Positions 58,556-64,000 of a stretch of 64,000 nt of DNA are shown here, in pieces. This stretch comes from a virus. Below the pieces are notes generated by a model. It was not told the origin of the DNA and ran no database searches. It saw only the letters and a program-made list of their open reading frames with translations. The position numbers and the translations under genes were made by a program. Position 1 is the stretch's first letter. Each line of letters opens with the position of its first letter. The stretch spans positions 26,774 to 90,773 of IMG/VR virus record IMGVR_UViG_3300031576_000019. The stretch is one strand, 5' to 3'.

Positions 58556-58575
58556 GTGTGAATAATTATTCACAC
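58556..58575. promoter_or_regulatory. Perfect 20-bp palindromic site abutting the capsid RBS
   Basis: gtGTGAATAATTATTCACac. Confidence 0.75.
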
Positions 58576-58577
58576 GC

Positions 58578-59060
58578 CTATTTCACCATGCCCTTGCGCA
58601 CCGTTGGGCCGTTGTAACCACCTAAGATCACATGCAGTTCCAACTTGCCCGAAGTGGCGCCGGTGGCAAAGGTACAAATGAGCTGGTCGGCGACCGCGTA
58701 AAAACGCCCGCCCTTGGCATAGCCGTTCAGGGTGTGTGTGCCAGCGATGTCGCGTCCAAGTTGGCGGCTGTCACAAACAGCATCGAGGGTGGTTGTGCTG
58801 AGATCAACGGTCTGGAGAAATCCGTCATCGTCCGCCGCATCACCAATCTTGACGGTCGGCGTGCCGCCCGCAAAGACCGTCGCTACACGCGCGCAGACGC
58901 CCTTGATCCACTGACCACCCTCCACTGGAACACGGTAAACGTTGGCCACTAAATCTGTGGTGAGAATGTTGAAAACTTTCTCATAATCCTGATAGGCCAG
59001 AGACGCATTGTCGCTGGACCCGGGACGCGGAGAGAGCTTTACTTGAGAATCGTGAGGCAT
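58578..59060 (-). CDS. Head decoration/cement-like protein
   Basis: F.GGTPTVKIGD..D.DGF pattern; between the scaffold and capsid genes. Confidence 0.55.
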   Translation of the reverse strand: MPHDSQVKLSPRPGSSDNASLAYQDYEKVFNILTTDLVANVYRVPVEGGQWIKGVCARVATVFAGGTPTVKIGDAADDDGFLQTVDLSTTTLDAVCDSRQLGRDIAGTHTLNGYAKGGRFYAVADQLICTFATGATSGKLELHVILGGYNGPTVRKGMVK

Positions 59061-59072
59061 CGTAAAAACTCC

Positions 59073-59684
59073 TTATTGTTTCAGTAGGGCTTGGTGCTCG
59101 GCATACAGTCCGTCATACTTCACCATTTCGCCCAATCTTAGAGCGGCGGTCATTTCTCGAAACACCAACTCTTTGGTACGAGCGGCTGTGGAAGCAGGGG
59201 CGGCCGGGGTGGCGCCAACGCCCTGAGTGTTGATCACTCCTTGCGCCCGCAGGCGGTCGGAGAAGACCTTAAGCAAGCCTTTTAGTTCATCGCCTTTGCC
59301 AACCGGGAGCAACTTGTCCTTCTCAAAAGGCAGAAGTTCGGGAAACTCAGTAGCGATAATGTGTAAGCGGTCGCGCGCAGAAGTCGCTCCCTCCAAGTTG
59401 GAGGAGAGTTCGGCAACCCGCTTTTCAAGGGCCATCTGAGTAACCGTTAGAGCCTCCCGTTCACCGGTGAGTTTCTTGTTCGCTTCTTCCTGGTCATGGA
59501 GTTTGACCTGTTGCGCTTGAAGCTCAGCCTGCGTCTGCTGGAATTTGCCTTGCAATCCTGTGAACCGACGCAGATTTTCTTCGGATTGCTTCTGCCAATC
59601 TGGTTGGCCTCCGGTAGATGAAGCGGTTGAGCCGTGTTCACCTGCAGCGGGCACAATAGTTTCTGGCGTAGTCGGCTGAGTCAT
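59073..59684 (-). CDS. Scaffolding protein
   Basis: DWQKQ...RF.GLQ, long coiled coil, synteny. Confidence 0.65.
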   Translation of the reverse strand: MTQPTTPETIVPAAGEHGSTASSTGGQPDWQKQSEENLRRFTGLQGKFQQTQAELQAQQVKLHDQEEANKKLTGEREALTVTQMALEKRVAELSSNLEGATSARDRLHIIATEFPELLPFEKDKLLPVGKGDELKGLLKVFSDRLRAQGVINTQGVGATPAAPASTAARTKELVFREMTAALRLGEMVKYDGLYAEHQALLKQ

Positions 59685-59764
59685 ATCGAAAATCTCCTAT
59701 GTGATGGCAATTCGGCCCCAGCGGGCTTCCCGTTGCTGTTGGCCGTCAATCAACGTTTTTATCT

Positions 59765-60121
59765 TTACGTTCCAGCCAGTATCACGCGCACATTCGCTTG
59801 TGTGCCACTGGCGTTGCTGACCTTGATGCTCGTCACGGTCAATCCTGTCAACAGAAGTTGCTTGGTCAGGATAGCAGGTGTAAAGTCGTTGAGCTTGATC
59901 GAGATAGCCTGATCCGAAATGATAAGTAGAGCCTGAACGGTGCTTAGTCCACCCAGGCCAATGATCTGATCCGTGACACCGGTAGCTACTTCAACAAACT
60001 GCTGGTCCGACTCATCGTAAGCTTGAGCGGTCAACGCTAACGACTCGTAGCCAAAGATAGTAGTTTGACCTGTCCGCCTAAGTGTCATTGAGAAGGCGAT
60101 GTCTACAGCAAGAGCGGCCAT
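59765..60121 (-). CDS. Hypothetical virion protein
   Basis: Coupled to the portal gene. Confidence 0.55.
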   Translation of the reverse strand: MAALAVDIAFSMTLRRTGQTTIFGYESLALTAQAYDESDQQFVEVATGVTDQIIGLGGLSTVQALLIISDQAISIKLNDFTPAILTKQLLLTGLTVTSIKVSNASGTQANVRVILAGT

Positions 60122-60124
60122 TGA

Positions 60125-61711
60125 TTATTCTCGTGCCTCAGCGTTGGGTGGATGACCACCCTTAAGCTTTATCTCATCGGGAGTGGCCATAATAGGCTGG
60201 GGTTTACTGGCCGCCTCCAAGTTGGAGGCGGCCTCGGCCTGTTCCTTGATGCGCTTTAGTTCGGCTTGAATATCTGGCACAGTTCCTAATCGCTCCAGCA
60301 TCATCTCGAGTGAGATGCCTTTTTCTTGTAGCAATCTCACCAGTTCATCCACTAATTGTTGGCGGTCCACCGGCACCATGGGCGACCAGATCTGACGCTT
60401 ACGGAGGCCCAGATGGGCTTGAGTGATGCCTGCTCGACCGCGCAAGGCCAGGATTTTCAGCGCCATCTCTGCCCGTGCGCTGCGCGCCTCAGACCAGTTG
60501 ACGCGCTCACTCTGAACATGCGCCAGAAGCGGCCACATACGCGAGTAAAGGGTCTGCCCGCTCCGCTGTGAGCCTTCTTCCAAGCCATAAGCAATCTCCG
60601 GCGTCATCAGCGTAATGCGGATGGATTGCAAAAGATGATTGGTAAAGACCTGTGAACCTTCTGGTAATTTGGGCGAATCCAGCCGCTTGATATCCGGTTC
60701 GGGGTCACTGCTAGTTGTGGCTCGGCCAGCATCAATGTAGGGCTGACCATTCTCAAAGGTCTTCATCCGAGGCGTGTTCTTGATGTTTTTGGCCCAGATG
60801 AGGCTATGCACGCCAAATGAAATGGCATCTCCTACATCTGCCTCGCGCGCGTTCAGTTCTTTGATTTGCCCAATCGCTGATGGAACCAGTGAGTTGCCCC
60901 AGAAGTTCGCCGTGCGCTCATGCGGGTTATAGAGCATTGGACAGAAGCCCCAGTCATGGGTGCCCTTGATGGGCTTGCCCTCGGCATCTTTAGCGTCCTG
61001 CCCATCCACCCTTACCCAATACTCATCACGCGACCACCATTCCTCATAGTTCACAGTGTCATCGGTCACCTGAACACCGTAGCCATCGGCTTGCGCCTTG
61101 GTAATCGGCATCTTGATCCAGGCTTCGGTCAGGTCCCAGTAATTCTTCCCCTGCCAGCGTGCATGAAAGTAGCGCGGGTCAAAATACTCGTAGCGGATGC
61201 CAGTCGGGAGAAGTGGATTGCTGGGTTCCCAGCCCACCTTTAGCACGACTCCACCTAATGCTTGAATAGACACGCCCATGTCAATGTCAGCTGCACGGGT
61301 GTGATTCTCGTACTCAATCTGCTCCAGAACGAGCTCGGCTTGACGGGCCAGTTTCCGACCCGCATCATCAGCCTCACCCGCCTCGTTGAACCTGGGCTCA
61401 ACGATGGTCCTAACCAGCGGGCCACTCGTGTCCGGTACCTCACCCCACAAGGCGTAGGCGTGTAAGCGTGCCGCCAGAGCGGTCGGATTCATCTGGAGCG
61501 GGTATTTGAGTGGAAAAGTCCCATCTTTCAATGGGCGAGTCTTGTCTTCTTCTTTCAAGGCCTCGCCCGTAAACCAGCGCCACCACTCATTTATCTCGGT
61601 CTGGCGTGCTTGCCATTCTTGTAATTCGGCGTCACTAAGTCCCCCTGGTCCATCATCACGGCCCAGAAGTTTGCTCAGGAAAATTTTTAGATTGGCTTCA
61701 GCAGGATTCAT
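60125..61711 (-). CDS. Portal protein (SPP1 gp6-like)
   Basis: 528 aa; HDWGFCP, FWGNSL, TPEIAYG...SGQTL and acidic helical C-terminus. Confidence 0.8.
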   Translation of the reverse strand: MNPAEANLKIFLSKLLGRDDGPGGLSDAELQEWQARQTEINEWWRWFTGEALKEEDKTRPLKDGTFPLKYPLQMNPTALAARLHAYALWGEVPDTSGPLVRTIVEPRFNEAGEADDAGRKLARQAELVLEQIEYENHTRAADIDMGVSIQALGGVVLKVGWEPSNPLLPTGIRYEYFDPRYFHARWQGKNYWDLTEAWIKMPITKAQADGYGVQVTDDTVNYEEWWSRDEYWVRVDGQDAKDAEGKPIKGTHDWGFCPMLYNPHERTANFWGNSLVPSAIGQIKELNAREADVGDAISFGVHSLIWAKNIKNTPRMKTFENGQPYIDAGRATTSSDPEPDIKRLDSPKLPEGSQVFTNHLLQSIRITLMTPEIAYGLEEGSQRSGQTLYSRMWPLLAHVQSERVNWSEARSARAEMALKILALRGRAGITQAHLGLRKRQIWSPMVPVDRQQLVDELVRLLQEKGISLEMMLERLGTVPDIQAELKRIKEQAEAASNLEAASKPQPIMATPDEIKLKGGHPPNAEARE

Positions 61712-61965
61712 CGAGCAATCGGACGCTCATAGCGACTTGTTACCGGTCGAGCATAGCGTGATGGCTCACCGTCAGCGTGGATTTGATCCGACAGCAAGTA
61801 GCTTCGGACACCCGAAATCAGGTTTATAAGCCAATCACACAGTCCGACAAGGAACAGTCGCATAGGAAATAAAAAGACAGATTCTCATCAACGGCTTGCG
61901 CCGAGACGTAAATCTGTCTCTTATGTCTGGCATTATGAAGGGTTATCTATGGCCTGTCAAGGGCC

Positions 61966-62268
61966 TTATAAGTTGGCCTCCACCTTTAAGCTGGCCACGG
62001 CGCTGTGCCATTTCCCGGCCGGTGTCTCCACATAACCCTGCACCTTCCAATTGCCAGAGGTCGACAGGTCATTTGCAATAGTATCGTAGTAAATCTTGCC
62101 ATCGGTGCCTGTGGTTAGGAAGATAGCGGATTTCTCAAGCGTTGTGCCGGTCGGTGGCTTAAGGAAGATTTTCCTCACCGTTGCCGCAGAAATGTTGACT
62201 GGAATCTTATCCTCATCAATCAGCTTGAGAATAATTCGAGTACCAATATCACCAACCTGTATACTCAT
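61966..62268 (-). CDS. BppU-N-like beta-sandwich virion protein
   Basis: GDIG..I, NISAAT, DGKIYY, DL..SG.WKVQ. Confidence 0.6.
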   Translation of the reverse strand: MSIQVGDIGTRIILKLIDEDKIPVNISAATVRKIFLKPPTGTTLEKSAIFLTTGTDGKIYYDTIANDLSTSGNWKVQGYVETPAGKWHSAVASLKVEANL

Positions 62269-62389
62269 ATCAGCATCTCCAACTCTATCAAGGCACAGTA
62301 AGACAGGATAAAATTCCAGCGCACAGCCAAATATCTCTCAATTTCGATAAATTGAGTCATGTAAACTTCAATTTCAACAACTTCATCGC

Positions 62390-63826
62390 TCATCGTTCAA
62401 CCTGCCTTTCCGTTTGGACGCCCAGGAATAAAGTAAACTCAAGTTCCTTGCGCCAGACCGTTCCAGCATTAAGTGATCCGCTCTCAAACAGATTGTTCTG
62501 ATCTGCCCCGACCAGCACAACCAACAGACTTGTCGTTTCGGAAAGCACATAATTGTCGCTGACCACCCGGCTAACAATCAGCCCAGCCGTCTCGGACAAG
62601 CCGATGGTGTCAGTGGCGACATTCAGTATCTCCCGTCCAGCCTGTTCACCAAGAACAAAAGCGTCCGTCCCAGAAAATATCGCCAGCAAGCCAGATGTAT
62701 CTGAGATTACAAAGGTGTCCACCCCCGACACACTTACCGACAGAGCTGCCGCTTCGGATAGAGTGCCAGCGTCAACGCTCAAAAGCGTCAACTCAATCAG
62801 GGCTTGCTCAGTAAGCGTAACTGTATCGGCCCCGAAAAATATCGCCAACAGACCCGCGACTTCCGAGAAACCAAAGGCTTCAACACCTGCAAGAGTTACA
62901 GTCGACGAAGCCGTTGCGCTTGCCAGAAACTGGTCTGAACCAGTCAAACCAATCTGGCCCACATCCGTCAGGGCCCCGCTATCCGTCGCAGAAAGAATCC
63001 CTAACAGGCCAGAGGTATCCGAGGTCGCAAACGTCTCGGCCCCTGACACGCTTACTATAAGAATTGCAGTTTCAAGGAGAGCCGAAGTGTCTGAACCCGA
63101 AACCGCTAATTCAATGAGTGCTTGTTCGGTCAACGTGCTCGTCTCGACCCCAGAGAGACTCGCAAATGAACCAGCGACCTCTAAGACACCAAAGGTCTCG
63201 ACACCTGTTAGAGTGGTAGTTAGAGAAGTCGCTTCACTGAGTGAGAGCAGGTCTAAGCCAACCAGACTGATTTGGCCTGTGTCTGCCAAGGCCCCGCTAT
63301 CTGTACCAGATAAACTGACCGACAGCCCCACCAGCTCGTTTGCCGAGAATTGCTCGGTCCCCGTCAGGCTTGCCTCCAAGTTGGAGGAATCGGAAAGGGT
63401 TACCCCATCAGTCCCCGTCAGTTGCGCCAGAAGTGCCGCAATGTCGCTCAAGGCTAAGGTGTCACTCCCAGCAGACACCACAACCAGACCACCCGCCTCA
63501 GATAGACCAAAAGTCTCAGCGCCCGAAATATCAATCTGAGCGACCTCCCCAACAGCCAGAACATCGCTCCCCGTTAATGCTACGACCAGACTTATGGCCT
63601 CAGATAGGGTGTAAGTCTCATTCCCCGCAATATCGACCCGACCACTCTCAGTTAGACTTAAGGAATCGGTTGCCGAAAGTGTTACGGTCAGACTAGACGA
63701 CTCGGCCAGCGCGAAACTATCTACCCCCGCAACGTCTATCCGAGCGGCTTCGCCTAAACTGCTAGAATCGGAGCCAGCCAGGTTAGTTGTATCCGAGACA
63801 GAGTAGCCAAAGAAAACACGAAGCAT
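62390..63826 (-). CDS. Ser/Thr/Ala-rich protein built of ~18-22-aa repeats
   Basis: Recurrent SG.(D/E)T..LSE units. Confidence 0.7.
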   Translation of the reverse strand: MLRVFFGYSVSDTTNLAGSDSSSLGEAARIDVAGVDSFALAESSSLTVTLSATDSLSLTESGRVDIAGNETYTLSEAISLVVALTGSDVLAVGEVAQIDISGAETFGLSEAGGLVVVSAGSDTLALSDIAALLAQLTGTDGVTLSDSSNLEASLTGTEQFSANELVGLSVSLSGTDSGALADTGQISLVGLDLLSLSEATSLTTTLTGVETFGVLEVAGSFASLSGVETSTLTEQALIELAVSGSDTSALLETAILIVSVSGAETFATSDTSGLLGILSATDSGALTDVGQIGLTGSDQFLASATASSTVTLAGVEAFGFSEVAGLLAIFFGADTVTLTEQALIELTLLSVDAGTLSEAAALSVSVSGVDTFVISDTSGLLAIFSGTDAFVLGEQAGREILNVATDTIGLSETAGLIVSRVVSDNYVLSETTSLLVVLVGADQNNLFESGSLNAGTVWRKELEFTLFLGVQTERQVER

Positions 63827-64000
63827 TTAGGCGGTGGTCGGAATTGAGAATGCGTAGTCCGCCCACTCCTTTGGAACGGTCTGATCAATAAACTGCACAA
63901 AGACAACATCATTGTTCATCTCGGTCGCCGAGAGCGTCACCAGCACGCCCGCTTTCCCAGAACCATCCGCCACCGGCAAGGTGCCCAAATCGGTGTAGAC
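63827..64000 (-). CDS. C-terminus of a virion-type protein (truncated by the window)
   Basis: Open frame ...VLVTLSATEMNND...IPTTA*, abutting the next ATG. Confidence 0.6.
   Translation of the reverse strand, partial: VYTDLGTLPVADGSGKAGVLVTLSATEMNNDVVFVQFIDQTVPKEWADYAFSIPTTA

Larger units (their letters stand above)
2047..63387. repeat. Dispersed 15-bp palindrome CCTCCAA(G/C)TTGGAGG
   Basis: Perfect copies start at 2047, 4332, 8335, 14184, 15438, 18076, 20333, 28042, 34635, 44978, 45108, 53623, 59390, 60214 and 63373. Variants at 6401, 16436 and 24352. Confidence 0.95.

Noticed and set aside
8844-58573. GTGAA-N6-TTCAC as a CRP or Rex site
   Set aside because: The half-site spacing is 2 bp longer than TGTGA-N6-TCACA (CRP) or TTGTGAA-N4-TTCACAA (Rex).
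58753-58767. Further degenerate copy of the 15-bp palindrome (CGTCCAAGTTGGCGG)
   Set aside because: Two asymmetric mismatches; it could be chance and was not counted.
2047-63387. Dispersed palindromes as a CRISPR array, REP/MITE family or canonical parS
   Set aside because: There is no repeat-spacer periodicity. Copies are only 15 bp, in frame inside genes, with no target duplications. The sequence does not resemble the canonical parS TGTTTCACGTGAAACA.
1-64000. Host assignment (Chloroflexota suspected from overall gene style)
   Set aside because: This is an impression only and cannot be supported without homology or spacer searches.

Overview
The window is a large part of a tailed-phage genome (siphovirus-type, probably temperate). 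Both ends cut through ORFs and no host DNA is visible. The + strand (1 to ~26 kb) carries early genes: a DNA MTase-helicase fusion, RadC, Gp37/68, a C5 MTase, an exonuclease, a LexA-like regulator, a resolvase, an initiator with iterons, a DnaB-like helicase, a primase and an AAA_24 recombinase. The - strand (64 to 26.5 kb) carries portal, scaffold, capsid, tail, receptor-binding and lysis genes and a large serine recombinase. No large terminase is seen. Main observations: (1) the ~2790-aa tape-measure protein has an N-terminal region with a two-barrel RNA polymerase catalytic signature (RxP followed 36 aa later by DFDPD), suggesting a tape-measure-fused virion RNAP; (2) the 15-bp palindrome CCTCCAA(G/C)TTGGAGG occurs in at least 15 perfect copies, mostly inside unrelated CDSs; (3) a second palindrome, GTGAA-N6-TTCAC, marks early promoters and late RBSs; (4) two paralogous, unannotated antisense membrane-peptide genes with identical 48-bp 5' blocks flank the tape measure (type I toxin-like); (5) a P4-CI/C4-like structured RNA leader precedes the replication operon. 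All calls come from reading motifs by eye. No database searches or computations were run.
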